A stretch of 64,000 nucleotides of DNA, taken from a virus. Lineage: Duplodnaviria; Heunggongvirae; Uroviricota; Caudoviricetes. How positions within the stretch are numbered: position 1 is the first letter of the stretch; each line of letters opens with the position of its first letter. Of the stretch, positions 18,901 through 29,894 are shown piece after piece. The position numbers and the translations under genes were made by a program. The notes beneath the pieces were generated by a model, which ran no database searches, was not told the origin of the DNA, and worked only from the letters and a program-made list of their open reading frames with translations. The stretch covers positions 95 to 64,094 of IMG/VR virus record IMGVR_UViG_3300006201_000003. The stretch is one strand, 5' to 3'.

Positions 18901-21900
18901 GTTGGCCTTGTTGTTGCAGTTGCTGGTTTAATTCGCTTTTCAAATACATTGAAATCTGTCAATACAACGGTCGCTCCGGTTCTGCAAACCTTGTCTGGGG
19001 TTAGTTATGACAACACGACAGCGAGTGCCTTACGGTATGCGGCAGCTTTGAGTAGCCTTGATCCGATTCAGCAGAAGTTGGCTATGAGTATGCTTGGCTT
19101 GAATGCCGAGCAAAAAGAGCAGATCAGTACCATGATGACAGCCATTGCGATTGCAAGGCAGTACAATGTTGCACAGCTTGAACAGGCTCTCGGTATGCAA
19201 GCTGGCACCATTGCAAATAATCTGAATATTGCATCAACTACTATGGTCACAGAAGAAGTTCTGAAAGCGGCGATGGCAAACGGTGTGTTGAGAGCTGAAC
19301 AACTGAAAGAGATTGTTACAACTAATGCTCAAACAGCCGCTAATGCAGCTGGTGCAAAAGGCTTTTTAACTTTGGGAGCAAGCGCAAAGGCCGCTGGTGC
19401 CGCTATGATGGCAACACCTATGGGATGGATTTCTTTGCTTGTCGGCGTCTTGCCACTCGCTATTACAGGCATTTCAAAATTGTATGATTGGCTTGTTGTG
19501 ACAGCGGAAGAGGCGTACTCAACTGCTGAGGAATACAAGAAGTCCTATGATGAGGCGACCGCAGAGGTTGAGGATCTGAACTCTGAACTGGAAACAAACA
19601 AAAAGCGGCTTGAAGAGCTTTACCGTTTGAGTGATAACGGCACAATTACTCTTATTGAGCAAGAAGAGTTGGAGCGGTTAGAGCGCACAAATGCTGAACT
19701 GGAAACTACCATTGCCCGCAAGAAGGAAATTGCGGAGATGGATGCGAAGGAAGCAAATAAAGGTTATGTAAGTAGTTATAACAAAACGAATTTTACCTCT
19801 AACCGACAAGATGTGCTTCTTGCAGAACAATCTGCTATTCAAGATAATCCATTGTATCAAAAATACCGTAAATGGTCTGACCAATTTACACAAGATGAAG
19901 TAGAATGGGTTTCTGATGAGGAACTTGAAAAGGCTGGTGAGTTGTATAACCGATTTGCAAGCATTACAACGATGCTTCAAAGTGGTTGGGATGATGAAAA
20001 TGGGACATGGCTCAATGAGAGTGTTGATTATGCAACCCATGTTGAAGAGCTGGTAGACACCTATAATAATCTAAACGCATTGCAAGAGTCTGGTGTCTCA
20101 CTTTCTGAAGCACAAAAAGATTTGCTGGAAAGCACACAAGCTGAACTTGTAGGGCTTGCTGATGATCTTGATGAAGATTACCTTTCTCAATATGTTGGTG
20201 AGGACACAAATACTGATGAATGGAATCGGCTCCTTGACCTAATCAATAAGACAATTTATGCGGCACAGTATTTCCAAGAAAAGCTGACAGAACTTCCTGA
20301 CGATTGCTATAATCAGATGGAGGGGCTTGGAAGTGAGGCCGGTTTGACTGCTGATAAGGTCACAGCGCTTGCTAATGAGTTTCCAGAGCTGAACTCATGG
20401 ATGAGTGAGTCTGGTTATACCGCTGAAGATGTCGCAAATCATTTTAACGCTATGGCGGAGGCTGAGGATAACGCTGGTAATGCCACATCCACTTATGAGG
20501 CACAGCTAAGTTCTCTTACCGATGTTTTGTCAGACTTGCAGGAGTCATATGACGCCTTGGAATCTGCGCAAGAGGACATGGCAACTGGAGACGGCTTATC
20601 TCCAGATACGATTGAAGCACTTGCAGACGCAGAGGAAAACTATCTGGACTATCTTTATGAGGAAAACGGTATTGTTAAACTCAACACAGAGGCATGGAAA
20701 GAAAACGCAAATGCTAAAATGGTGAGTGAGATAGATGAGATCCAGAAAGAGATTGATTCTCTTGAAGAGCAGAATAAAGTTTTGCAAGAGAATATTGCCA
20801 ACTATGAGGAGCAGCGCAAACTTGGTAGTGATGGTGGATTGTGGTCAAACTTGATTGCAACAGCTACTGCTGAAATTGCTGAAAACAATAAAGTTATTGC
20901 TGAAAATCAAGCAAAACTCGCTCTTTATGGGAGCCTGTATGGTAGTATCACTGGCGATTTGGACGCATATACCTCAGCGTTGAACAACTTCTCCAATATA
21001 GCAAATACTATCGACTCTGTATCCGATTCTTTCCAGACCCTTGCCGATTTGCAAGCTACCGTAGCAAATGGGTTTACCATGTCATTGGACAAGGCTCTGG
21101 AGTTTGCAAAGGTTTATCCTGAAATTCTCAACAGTGCCACGGTGAGTTCAAATGGTCAAATTGCGCTAAACGAAAATGTTGTCAATTCGTTTATTCAAGG
21201 CAAAAAAGCCGAACTGGATGCGCAAATCGACGTAGAAATTGCGCAGTTGGAAACGGATAAGGCTGTGCTGGAAGCAAAGATGCAGGCGGCTCAGGCGCAG
21301 CTTGATCTTGCCAAAAATGTTGGCGAGGGCGAGGGACAAATTGCCAAAGAACTTGCGGAGTATCGTATCAATGCTGGTAACGCAGTTGCGGAAGCCATGA
21401 TTGATGCAGGAATTGATGAAGCGACTGCTTTCAAGTTGGCTGCATTGGCTATGGCCCAAAATGCGGAAGAGTTTGACCGTGTTGCGATGGAGGTTTGCAC
21501 AGATGTAAACGGCAACTTTAATCAGGCCGCTTATGATTTGGCGCAGACGATGTATAACAACCTTACCAATGTCAAGACAGACCTTGCATCTGTTGCAACA
21601 CAGGCTCACGAAACGGCCAAGGCCATTGCAGGCATTGCAGACGGTTCTGTGTCTGGTTCTTCTGCTATGCAAGGTGGATCAGGTGGTGGCACAGGCTCTG
21701 GTGGAATCACTCTCAATTTGACGAAAGGGAGTTTCGAGGGTACTGAGTACACCTATACCGCAAAGGAATCCGGTTTAGAGGATTATATCTCACAGATTGA
21801 GCTGGACATCTCGAACTACCAAGACGCTATTGCTCAGATTGACGGTCAAATTGCTACGCTGAAAGCTCTGAAAAACATTCCACTAAAGGATTTCCGTAGT

Positions 21901-24231
21901 AGTTCTGGTAGTGGTAGTAGCAGTGGATCAACGAAAGAGGTTGAGGAATATATTGCTTCTATCGAAGATTACCGTGAAGCTATTGAGCGTTTGCGTAAAG
22001 CACAAGAGTATCGCGCTGAAACAGAGCAAAGGATCGACAATACCGACGATCTGAAGCAGAAGATTTTGCTGGAACGCCAGCTTATTGGTGCTTATGCCGA
22101 AGAACAGAGTGCTTTACACAATCTGAATAATCAGCGGGACAGCACTATCAGTGCTGGTGCAAAGGCTCTTCGTGAACTTGGTTTTGCAGTGCAATATAAC
22201 GCCGACACCAATGAACTTTGGATCGAGAATATGGAGCACCTAAACGAGTTGACCGCTGACAGCAAGGGTGAATATGACACACTGCAAGAGGCTACAAATG
22301 CACTGCGTGAGGAAACGGAAGACCTCATCAATTCACTGGAAGACCTGAATGACGCAAATCGTGAAGGTTCTGACAGCTGGTGGGAGTTGAAGTATAGCAC
22401 GGAAGCTGCACACAAAGAAATTTTGCAGTTGCTGGAGGATATTGTGTCGGAGGCTTCTGATGCGGTTGACTCTATCCAAGATGTTTACGACACGCTCCAT
22501 GACGCTGCGGACGAATATGCGGCAAGTGGTTTTATCACTATTGATACTCTTCAGAGTATTATTGACCTCGGCATGAAGTATGTAACATATCTCATTGACG
22601 AAAATGGTCAGCTGGTTATAAACGAAGAGCGTATCCGTGATGTAATTGCGGCGAAGACACAGCAGCTTGCCATTGAAAGTTCTCTGTCTTATGTTGAGGC
22701 TCTGCGGATTGCAAAGCGTGATGATGATATCGCAACGCTGAATGATTTGCTTTACGCTACACAGGAAACTACAGATGCCACATGGGGTCTTGTATATGCG
22801 AACCTGGCTATGGCTGGTCTTGACCAAGATCAGTACCAAGCGGCCTTGGATAACATCAATGCAATCCGCGCCTTGGCTGATAGTGCGGTACACAGCATTG
22901 GGCAAACGGCTGACAGTGTAACGGATGAACTCAACGCTATGAAAGACGGTGTTGATGACATCTTAAAATATGTCATGGATATGCTGAAACAGCGAATCAA
23001 TGACCAGATTGATGCGCTGGAAGATATGAAAGACGCTTACTCTGAAATCATCGACAAAAAGAAAGAGTCGTTGGAGGCCAGTAAGGACGAAGCCGACTAT
23101 TCTAAAACGATGGCAAAGAAACTCAGAGAAATCGCAAAACTGCAAGCAGAAATTGATGCTCTTAGCCTGGATGATAGCCGTGAGGCACAGGCTGAAAAGG
23201 CGAAACTGCTGGAGGAAATGGCGGAGCTTCAAGAGGATCTTGCGGAGGATCAAGCTGATAAGAGCCTGGACGCTGCTCAGGACGCATTGGACGATATGGA
23301 AACTGCTTACCATGCAGAAAAGGATAAGGAAATTGCCATTCTGGAGGACAGCATTTCTTCCTATCAGAAACTCTATGATATGGCAATCGACTATATCTCT
23401 AACCATTGGGATACGCTGTATTCTGAATTGATTGCTTGGAATACTCAGTATGGTGATGTTCTAAACAGTGAGATTACAACGGCATGGGAAAACTGTCTTG
23501 CAGCCGCCCAGCGGTATGGTAGTTATGTTTCCGCTTTGAATAGTATTGGATCGGATGTTGAGGCTTCCAAAGGCAGTAGTAGTAGTGGAAACTCTGGCGG
23601 AAATCTCCAAGTCGGCAAAACCAATTATGACAATTCTTCCTCAAATGAAGAGATGATTCACGCTATCATCAAGGAGATGTATGCTAACAGTCAGGCACAC
23701 CACGCCGCAGATCAGGCTGGAAAGGCAAGATTGAGCAACCGTAATTTGCAGCTTGGTGCTATGTTGGCGCAGTACGGAGTTTATACGCACCGTGACAATG
23801 GTACATGGTATATGGATGGCTCTAATCAGTTGCTATATGATAAGTACAAGAAGTACCTCTATCATAAAGGTGGTATTGCTGGTGATGTTGGTACGCTCAA
23901 GGATAACGAAATCCTTGCAACACTGGAAAAAGGAGAACCTGTACTTACAAATCGGATGTGGGACACTGTGACTACGATGGTTGAGCGTATGGGTCGCATG
24001 GCAGAGACATTCACTAATGCGCCTATTACCGCTATGTTGCCATCCTTACCAGAATTTGCCAATATTGGTGATACGGTCAACAATGTGACCACAAGCAACC
24101 AGCCAGTGCAAATCAGTATTGGCGATACCATTATCCAGGGTGACGCCAGCCCAGAGACAGTACAACAACACGTTAAGGTGACACGGGATATGATGAACCA
24201 AATCGCCAGACGGATGGGGCTGAAACTTTAA
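15958..24231 (+). CDS. Tail tape measure protein (2757 aa)
   Basis: Very long helical ORF with TP901-type core (LDTAMVDLRKV...GNGLKTLSMRI) and YHKGG..LEKGEPVL C-terminal motif. Confidence 0.9.
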   Translation: MDEDLKIVLTTELEADEQASAQRISAQLPNIAKLINSKSSIKIGVSLDSSNIQYEAQKVSRQISQVTKTQGIGVTLNLDKSSVSKIQQELNNLKVSPDVSRAMTEQLDKMGVQIDRISGRWEAVNGEEERMLSLTIQGTDQMQRAVTYLQTYDTETGEINTHLTNVTANLKQQRQEADRLAAKAKADNESRVAYLQRQKSILADIQASYAGDTSAKPVHDDAHLQRLNSAYQVLNDKISELISKNGQLDKVQRASLESQISDLQRLVKEYQNAEYVATKLRTKDIGTIKKDQLSGIEALEKRLEAAGTLTEDFRKKINTLKTDLSNVTNKDQLVSFLNSFDQLNNDVSVFQERLRGVNSIYQQIIAVEKKITSVQSSITGMNPQTDTNKIAALRNELAVLENQRVSLEGQLAPYADIVQYAKQATALEQSRLLNNTQLAYSHMELADKAKQYDVAMRQVPATIADLETKFTRLTNPTASLVENMRLLRETAAQYSSDMGAQEKVQTYERLKVLIGSCSKEMSQLLRVQNGDLGNFKFTQNLEKAKADLETVGRTWSALKHDPGLNAQFRYLQESLKQVNNQMDLTKWTAQFSTFKSEVKAAGKNMQSLGDVLKNNVGKVLQWVSATTLLFRAFRLLRSAISTIVDLDTAMVDLRKVTIATEAEYQKFYLTSNETAKRLGVTTEEIISQTAEWARLGFAMQDAAKLAENSAIFEAISPDMDITQATDGLVSIIKAFDIEVEDSMDGIISKVNDVGNKFAVSNGDVVEALTRSSSAMASANNTFEETVALATAAIEITRDAASVGNGLKTLSMRIRGYDEETEEFSEDVAILTGEIADLTKTASNPGGISLFEVGDPDTYRSTYDILADIADIWDELTDKNRAKLLEALFGKRQAQIGSAILSNFDQARSAIDKMEKSAGSADREMEKITNSLEYKLNALKETWVGVAQNLFQTDDLKAVVDGLTAISEVIGALTGQLGLFGTVGLVVAVAGLIRFSNTLKSVNTTVAPVLQTLSGVSYDNTTASALRYAAALSSLDPIQQKLAMSMLGLNAEQKEQISTMMTAIAIARQYNVAQLEQALGMQAGTIANNLNIASTTMVTEEVLKAAMANGVLRAEQLKEIVTTNAQTAANAAGAKGFLTLGASAKAAGAAMMATPMGWISLLVGVLPLAITGISKLYDWLVVTAEEAYSTAEEYKKSYDEATAEVEDLNSELETNKKRLEELYRLSDNGTITLIEQEELERLERTNAELETTIARKKEIAEMDAKEANKGYVSSYNKTNFTSNRQDVLLAEQSAIQDNPLYQKYRKWSDQFTQDEVEWVSDEELEKAGELYNRFASITTMLQSGWDDENGTWLNESVDYATHVEELVDTYNNLNALQESGVSLSEAQKDLLESTQAELVGLADDLDEDYLSQYVGEDTNTDEWNRLLDLINKTIYAAQYFQEKLTELPDDCYNQMEGLGSEAGLTADKVTALANEFPELNSWMSESGYTAEDVANHFNAMAEAEDNAGNATSTYEAQLSSLTDVLSDLQESYDALESAQEDMATGDGLSPDTIEALADAEENYLDYLYEENGIVKLNTEAWKENANAKMVSEIDEIQKEIDSLEEQNKVLQENIANYEEQRKLGSDGGLWSNLIATATAEIAENNKVIAENQAKLALYGSLYGSITGDLDAYTSALNNFSNIANTIDSVSDSFQTLADLQATVANGFTMSLDKALEFAKVYPEILNSATVSSNGQIALNENVVNSFIQGKKAELDAQIDVEIAQLETDKAVLEAKMQAAQAQLDLAKNVGEGEGQIAKELAEYRINAGNAVAEAMIDAGIDEATAFKLAALAMAQNAEEFDRVAMEVCTDVNGNFNQAAYDLAQTMYNNLTNVKTDLASVATQAHETAKAIAGIADGSVSGSSAMQGGSGGGTGSGGITLNLTKGSFEGTEYTYTAKESGLEDYISQIELDISNYQDAIAQIDGQIATLKALKNIPLKDFRSSSGSGSSSGSTKEVEEYIASIEDYREAIERLRKAQEYRAETEQRIDNTDDLKQKILLERQLIGAYAEEQSALHNLNNQRDSTISAGAKALRELGFAVQYNADTNELWIENMEHLNELTADSKGEYDTLQEATNALREETEDLINSLEDLNDANREGSDSWWELKYSTEAAHKEILQLLEDIVSEASDAVDSIQDVYDTLHDAADEYAASGFITIDTLQSIIDLGMKYVTYLIDENGQLVINEERIRDVIAAKTQQLAIESSLSYVEALRIAKRDDDIATLNDLLYATQETTDATWGLVYANLAMAGLDQDQYQAALDNINAIRALADSAVHSIGQTADSVTDELNAMKDGVDDILKYVMDMLKQRINDQIDALEDMKDAYSEIIDKKKESLEASKDEADYSKTMAKKLREIAKLQAEIDALSLDDSREAQAEKAKLLEEMAELQEDLAEDQADKSLDAAQDALDDMETAYHAEKDKEIAILEDSISSYQKLYDMAIDYISNHWDTLYSELIAWNTQYGDVLNSEITTAWENCLAAAQRYGSYVSALNSIGSDVEASKGSSSSGNSGGNLQVGKTNYDNSSSNEEMIHAIIKEMYANSQAHHAADQAGKARLSNRNLQLGAMLAQYGVYTHRDNGTWYMDGSNQLLYDKYKKYLYHKGGIAGDVGTLKDNEILATLEKGEPVLTNRMWDTVTTMVERMGRMAETFTNAPITAMLPSLPEFANIGDTVNNVTTSNQPVQISIGDTIIQGDASPETVQQHVKVTRDMMNQIARRMGLKL

Positions 24232-24240
24232 CACAGCTGT

Positions 24241-24268
24241 AGGCGGGGAGTTTTCTCCCCGCCTTTTC
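24241..24268 (+). terminator. Terminator after tape measure gene
   Basis: AGGCGGGGAG-TTTT-CTCCCCGCCT then TTT. Confidence 0.7.
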
Positions 24269-24305
24269 CTATATATGAAAATCAAAAGTGAGGAGGTGTA
24301 GTGAA

Positions 24306-25091
24306 TTGTACCGAACCTATGAGTTTACTTTTGCTGACACGCCAGCGTCATTGTATGGAATGTTTGTATGTGATTTTGGTAGCAAAAAGCATAGCGATAA
24401 CGCTTTTGGCAATCGGGCTAATATTGTAGAGACACGGCTTCCACAGCGAGTTACCCCGTTGCACTATGGAGTACGTTACCATGACAGTCCATTAGAGTTT
24501 ACTCTGATTTTTGGAGCAGAAGAAGAGATGGATCGCTACCAACTCCAAGAGGTATCAAACTGGCTGACAGGATACCAGGACTATCAATGGTTGTCTATTG
24601 ATCAACCTGATATGGAGCATATTCAGTTTCATTGTTTGATTCAATCTTTAACGCCAGTCAGTATCAAATGGCTTCCATTTGCGTTTGAGGCAAAGATTAT
24701 TTGTGATTGTCCATATGGATACAGCTATCCTTTTGAAGAGAAAATTGAATTTGCTGGAACGACAAGTATTCGTTTTTACAATGACAGCACCATTCGAGAA
24801 CATCTTCGCCCAGAACTCCGTATAAAGCTCGCAGCTGGATGCAAGAGTTTTTCAGTGACAAATAAGACCACGGGATCTGTTATGCAATTCACAAACCTTC
24901 CTGGAGGCGGCATCACGATTCTTGTGGATAACGAGAATGAGATACTTCAAGATGCGGATAACCGATACGACTTGTATGAGTATTTCAACTTTGAATTTTT
25001 TGATTTGGCTTCTGGCGATAACGAACTTGTGTTTAACGGCACAGGAGTCGTGACAATCAGTGGTAGGTATCTATACAACGTCGGAGCATAA
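24306..25091 (+). CDS. Distal tail protein (Dit)
   Basis: Directly after TMP; C-terminal FFDLASGDNELVF-type motif; TTG start after AGGAGG. Confidence 0.75.
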   Translation: MYRTYEFTFADTPASLYGMFVCDFGSKKHSDNAFGNRANIVETRLPQRVTPLHYGVRYHDSPLEFTLIFGAEEEMDRYQLQEVSNWLTGYQDYQWLSIDQPDMEHIQFHCLIQSLTPVSIKWLPFAFEAKIICDCPYGYSYPFEEKIEFAGTTSIRFYNDSTIREHLRPELRIKLAAGCKSFSVTNKTTGSVMQFTNLPGGGITILVDNENEILQDADNRYDLYEYFNFEFFDLASGDNELVFNGTGVVTISGRYLYNVGA

Positions 25092-25111
25092 CGAGGGAAA
25101 GGAGGTCGGAG

Positions 25112-28100
25112 ATGTATCTGAACTACGCAAAAATTAAAAACGGTCAGAAAAAGCAGCCACAGCTTAGGCTTCGCACTCTGGCCGGAAAAGAGTTGGGTGT
25201 TATCCCATATGTCCACAATCTCACATTTTCTATCAATTATTCTGATTTAAGTACGATTGAGTTTACAGTTCCGTACTATGTCAATGGAATGATTAACCCT
25301 CTTTATAGTGCATTAACCAGTTATAAGGTTATCTACACAGAGGAGTTTGGAATCTATATTCTCGTGTCGCCTCAGAAATCAGGAGACGGAGTACAGGAGA
25401 CAAAAACAGTACGAGGATATTCTTTGGAGCAACAGTTTCAAGGGAAAATGCTGTTTTTGGAAGAGGGTACTTATAATTTCTGGAACCCAGTCAATAGTGC
25501 AGACACCGTTCTTGGACGTATTGTGGAGCTTGATCCAAGTTGGCATATTGGGTATGTATCGCCTCGCTTGATTGGGTGCTATCGGACATTTGACGAATAT
25601 GACAATGATGCCTTGAGTTTCTGTTATGGCGATGCTATGGAGAAATATAGCTGTGTGTTTGTTTTCGATGTGTATGAAAAGAGTATCAGCGTGTATGACG
25701 CTACAATGGAGGCAGACACGCTTCCAATCTATTTGAGCTATGAAAATCTGGTCAAAGCTGTTGATATTGAAGAGATCACCGACGACCTCACAACAAAGCT
25801 GCATCTGTACGGATCGGACAATCTAAGTATTCGGAGTGTGAATCCCACTGGTACAGACTATATTGTAAATCTCGACTTCTTTCTTTCTAATGGTGATTTA
25901 GATGTCAGGGTTGGCAATAGTAATGTTACTCTTGCGGATAGGGTGCGCAGTTGGCAGGTTCAGATTGTGGCGAAGCAGACTTATTACTCTGGGTTGGTTG
26001 CCGCTCGTTCATCTTTAACGGCACAGAAGCTGGTTATGGATGCAGAATTAACAGAATTGAATGGTGAACTTGACAGTTTGACAGCCCAACAAAGTGTAAC
26101 GATCCAGGCTATTGCTCTTGAGAAGACATCACAAGGTAAGAATACACAGCAGGCAAAATTGAACGAAATCAACAGCCAAATTACTGCAAAGAACAATGAA
26201 ATTGCGAATCAGGAATCAAGGATCAAAACACTTGAAAAAGATATTGCGAGCTACAATACCAGCATTTCAGCGGTGAATAAAGAACTTGGGTATAACTATT
26301 ACTTTACTGATGCAGAGAGGAAGATTCTTAACCAGTATCTAATTGAAGGTGATATGGAAGATGAAACCTTCGTTGCGACTGATATTGACACGTCCGCATC
26401 TGCCGCAGTTTCAAAAGTGTCTGGCAACATTGCGGTCAGTGGCTCTTCGCTGTATAGAGTTTCACTGACCGATTTTAACAAAACGATGTATATGATTACT
26501 GGTGGCAAATTGACGCTTGCAAACGCCGGCATTACAGCGGAGATTGTGAGGGGAACACTTGAGGTAAACAGCGGGAACGCCTATGTGTTGACCTGCTATC
26601 TTGGAACCACATCTTACAATGGGCGCAATTTCTCAAGAGGTTTAATTACAATCTCTGGTTGGCTTTCACAGTTTTCCAGTGATATTTCACTTCATTCTGA
26701 CCAGGGAGTTTCAGAATATAAAGGTACAAGGTTTTCTTTCCAGACGACGAACGCCGATACCTATTTCACAGTAAACACCAGTGATTTTCAGAAATACTCT
26801 GTTGAGATGGAGCTGTATGACTTTGGTATGGATGTGCTGGACGATTACGCATGGCCCGTATATGAGTTTAGTGTGGATAGTGCAAACTTTCTCTACCACG
26901 ATAAATTTGAACCGTTCAAAAATAAATTGGAGCTTGGTAAAGCGGTTCATCTTCAAATGGGAAGCGACGGATTGCTTATCGCCAAAATCATCGGTGTGGA
27001 ACTGAATTTTGACGATATCAGCAGCTTCAACCTTTTGTTCTCCAATCGGTATCAGTTGAAAGACGGTGAACATTCTGTGAAAGAACTGACCAATACCGTG
27101 AGCAGATCCAGTCGAAGCATCAACGCCAGCAAGTACACCTATAATCGCTCTGCCGAGAGGCTGACAGAAGTTGAAGAAATCATGCAGCAACAGCTGGTGG
27201 CGGCTGTCCAAAATATCGTTAATAAGGAAGAACAAACGGTTCTTATTAACGGCTCTGGTATCAACATCGGAGGAAAGTCCAACTACCAGATGCGTTTGGT
27301 TGACAATATGATCGCTATGACTGACGATGGTTGGAAAACGGCAAAGCTGGCGATTGGCCTATTTGCTACCGAGGCTGTTGGAACTCAATGGGGTGTCAAC
27401 GCCGAAATGCTGGCTGGCAATGTAATGATTGGCAATAAGCTGATTTTGCAGAATGTCAATGATGATGGCTATATGATGTTCCAGGTGGACGCAACCGGAG
27501 CATGGCTCTATAATGCTCAGTTTGTTCTTCAAGATGAAAAGACAGGCGGGTTGATTATCGCTGATCCGAAGTATGGTATTGTTGGCGGAACAAAACTGCT
27601 GTTTGATACAAATGGCACAAGGGTGACTCCTGAGTTCATGGATAACACAGGAGCGATTACCTACGACAGTGATGGTATGCCTAAGAATGCGAACTTCTAT
27701 CTGGATATCAAGGACGGGAGTGCATATTTCCGTGGTAAGCTGGTCGCCAAGAGCGGAAAGATCGGTGGATACACGATTGAAAATGGATACCTGCACTCTG
27801 GCAGTAGCACCAATTATGTGGCTCTGAACGGAGGCACGGATGTATATTCTACATTTGCAATTTGGGCCGGTAACGCTAATCCAAACAACGCACCTGCATG
27901 GATTAAGAAGAATGGCGACGTTCATTTTAAGAACGGCGATTTCAGTGGTACACTAAGCGCTGCAAAACTTAGTGGCGCTTTGACGGCTCTTAATGGTGCG
28001 GAGATTATCGGGCCTGCTATCTATGTGCCAAATAAGTCTAACCCAAAATTCAAAGTGGATTCTGCTGGCAATGTTAGTATGACCGGAAATCTGACGCTGA

Positions 28101-28579
28101 GTAGTGGCGCAATTACTTGGAACAATTTATCTCAAACTGTAAAGAATGAGATAGATGGCGCATATGACGCCGCCGCCGCAGCCGCAAGGGACGCCGCAGA
28201 AGCGGCAAGTGATGCTTATGAGGCTGAAAGACTTGCACGAAGGATTGCAAATGGTGAGTTCAACAACGGAACATTTATCAACGGCACTGAAATTTACAGC
28301 CCAACGATCTATGCAGACGAGTTTATTGTAAAGCCTAAAAATACTGCTGGAAATAGTAGGTGGACTGGTGGATACAGTATGTATGGTTATTTCGGTAGCT
28401 GGCTTTACAAAATGCTTTCTATCTCCTATGTTGATACAGGGTTCGGGCCGGAGGTTGAGTTCTGGAGTCCAGATGGTGCATATGCTTACTGGGCTTTCCC
28501 ACGAACTTCTTTCCATGGTTATTTGGATTTTTCACAGGCGACTGTTGAAGGATTGTCTTTGGATGCAAAATTTGGATAA
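25112..28579 (+). CDS. Baseplate hub/tail-associated (Tal-like) protein
   Basis: 1155 aa after Dit; coiled-coil segment and GKIGGYTI-type repeats. Confidence 0.7.
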   Translation: MYLNYAKIKNGQKKQPQLRLRTLAGKELGVIPYVHNLTFSINYSDLSTIEFTVPYYVNGMINPLYSALTSYKVIYTEEFGIYILVSPQKSGDGVQETKTVRGYSLEQQFQGKMLFLEEGTYNFWNPVNSADTVLGRIVELDPSWHIGYVSPRLIGCYRTFDEYDNDALSFCYGDAMEKYSCVFVFDVYEKSISVYDATMEADTLPIYLSYENLVKAVDIEEITDDLTTKLHLYGSDNLSIRSVNPTGTDYIVNLDFFLSNGDLDVRVGNSNVTLADRVRSWQVQIVAKQTYYSGLVAARSSLTAQKLVMDAELTELNGELDSLTAQQSVTIQAIALEKTSQGKNTQQAKLNEINSQITAKNNEIANQESRIKTLEKDIASYNTSISAVNKELGYNYYFTDAERKILNQYLIEGDMEDETFVATDIDTSASAAVSKVSGNIAVSGSSLYRVSLTDFNKTMYMITGGKLTLANAGITAEIVRGTLEVNSGNAYVLTCYLGTTSYNGRNFSRGLITISGWLSQFSSDISLHSDQGVSEYKGTRFSFQTTNADTYFTVNTSDFQKYSVEMELYDFGMDVLDDYAWPVYEFSVDSANFLYHDKFEPFKNKLELGKAVHLQMGSDGLLIAKIIGVELNFDDISSFNLLFSNRYQLKDGEHSVKELTNTVSRSSRSINASKYTYNRSAERLTEVEEIMQQQLVAAVQNIVNKEEQTVLINGSGINIGGKSNYQMRLVDNMIAMTDDGWKTAKLAIGLFATEAVGTQWGVNAEMLAGNVMIGNKLILQNVNDDGYMMFQVDATGAWLYNAQFVLQDEKTGGLIIADPKYGIVGGTKLLFDTNGTRVTPEFMDNTGAITYDSDGMPKNANFYLDIKDGSAYFRGKLVAKSGKIGGYTIENGYLHSGSSTNYVALNGGTDVYSTFAIWAGNANPNNAPAWIKKNGDVHFKNGDFSGTLSAAKLSGALTALNGAEIIGPAIYVPNKSNPKFKVDSAGNVSMTGNLTLSSGAITWNNLSQTVKNEIDGAYDAAAAAARDAAEAASDAYEAERLARRIANGEFNNGTFINGTEIYSPTIYADEFIVKPKNTAGNSRWTGGYSMYGYFGSWLYKMLSISYVDTGFGPEVEFWSPDGAYAYWAFPRTSFHGYLDFSQATVEGLSLDAKFG

Positions 28580-28592
28580 GGTGGTGGTCTGA

Positions 28593-29234
28593 ATGGCTTC
28601 ATTTACCGTATCATGCACGGACACAACAGTTACAATGAGGGTATCTGGCCTTAAAAGTGGGCAAAAAGTTCGCTTCTATGTAAGAATTGACCCTGGAAGC
28701 ACAGTTTATGTAGATCGAACATTTACCGCAACCTCATCGTCATTATCCAAATCGTTTAGTGGTTTGACTCCTGGCACAGACTATGCTTGTAATGTTAAAT
28801 TGGATGATACAACATGGATTGGGACAAGGTACTTTACTACCGACACACCGGAGATAAAAGTCGATCCATGGTCATGGTCACAATCAAATGGAGACGCTTC
28901 CGCATCACAGACAAGAGCCGCTTACTCTGCCGTCAGTAGTAAAGGTAGGGTAAGCGACTTTTCGTATCTGGTTTGGAATGACATGGTGAATAAAGTAAAG
29001 GAAATACTTGATTCACAAGGGCTTTCCTGGAATAGTAGATTTGCTTCATACGCTGGCACGTTAATGGGTTCTGGGAGCAGAACTTTAACCGCCACTAAAT
29101 TTAATTCACTTCGATATAATATCGGATTGCATTATTCAACCGGAATTGACACCGTTTATCGTGGAGACACGGTATATGGTTGGTACTTTACTACATTGGC
29201 AAGCTGTATAAATTATTGGCTTGCGGGCCGTTGA
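28593..29234 (+). CDS. Tail-associated protein with N-terminal FN3-like domain
   Basis: SFSGLTPGTDY FN3 signature. Confidence 0.55.
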   Translation: MASFTVSCTDTTVTMRVSGLKSGQKVRFYVRIDPGSTVYVDRTFTATSSSLSKSFSGLTPGTDYACNVKLDDTTWIGTRYFTTDTPEIKVDPWSWSQSNGDASASQTRAAYSAVSSKGRVSDFSYLVWNDMVNKVKEILDSQGLSWNSRFASYAGTLMGSGSRTLTATKFNSLRYNIGLHYSTGIDTVYRGDTVYGWYFTTLASCINYWLAGR

Positions 29235-29247
29235 GGAGGATATAACA

Positions 29248-29454
29248 ATGACTAAAATCGAGATTGCACAGCATATTGCAAATGCGCACAATCGTCTGAC
29301 GCAGATTCAGGTTTGTGGTGATGGTGCTATTCTGATGGGTGATACACTGAAAGAGCTTCGCCTTTTGGTGCAGGAACTTCAAAAGGATATTGAGGCAGAG
29401 GAAGCATTGGTAGCAGAGGCTGCGGAGGAGGAGCAGGCTGAGAACAAAGAGTAA
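29248..29454 (+). CDS. Small hypothetical protein
   Basis: RBS GAGGAGG, operon context. Confidence 0.55.
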   Translation: MTKIEIAQHIANAHNRLTQIQVCGDGAILMGDTLKELRLLVQELQKDIEAEEALVAEAAEEEQAENKE

Positions 29455-29466
29455 GGAGGGAGTGCT

Positions 29467-29853
29467 ATGCACATTCCAAATCCATACACGCTGCCAGCCT
29501 TTGATTTTGTTGGCGGCTCAACACAGGATCTGATTTTCCATTGCTATTTCTTCAAAACAAAAAAGCCAAATGATTTGTCCGCTTGTGTAGCGGACTTTTC
29601 TATTATCAATTTTGTGAACAAGAATGGTAAACCTCTTCTTTCAAAGCAAATGGATATCGGTTCAGATCCTGACCGAGATGGTGATGTAAGCAATGTGGTT
29701 CGTGTCACATTGGACTCCAAAGATACGCTGAATTTGCCTGCGGGTAAGTATATTTATCAAATTACTATCCGTGACATTTCTGGTGAGGTGGAGATTCCGA
29801 ATCAAGGGATTATCCATATCATCAAGAATATTAACCAGGCTTTTATTCAGTAA
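29467..29853 (+). CDS. BppU-like baseplate upper protein
   Basis: TLNLPAGKYIYQITI motif, baseplate context. Confidence 0.55.
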   Translation: MHIPNPYTLPAFDFVGGSTQDLIFHCYFFKTKKPNDLSACVADFSIINFVNKNGKPLLSKQMDIGSDPDRDGDVSNVVRVTLDSKDTLNLPAGKYIYQITIRDISGEVEIPNQGIIHIIKNINQAFIQ

Positions 29854-29894
29854 AAAAATGACACGTAAATTAAAGAAAGGATGGAAGATATAAG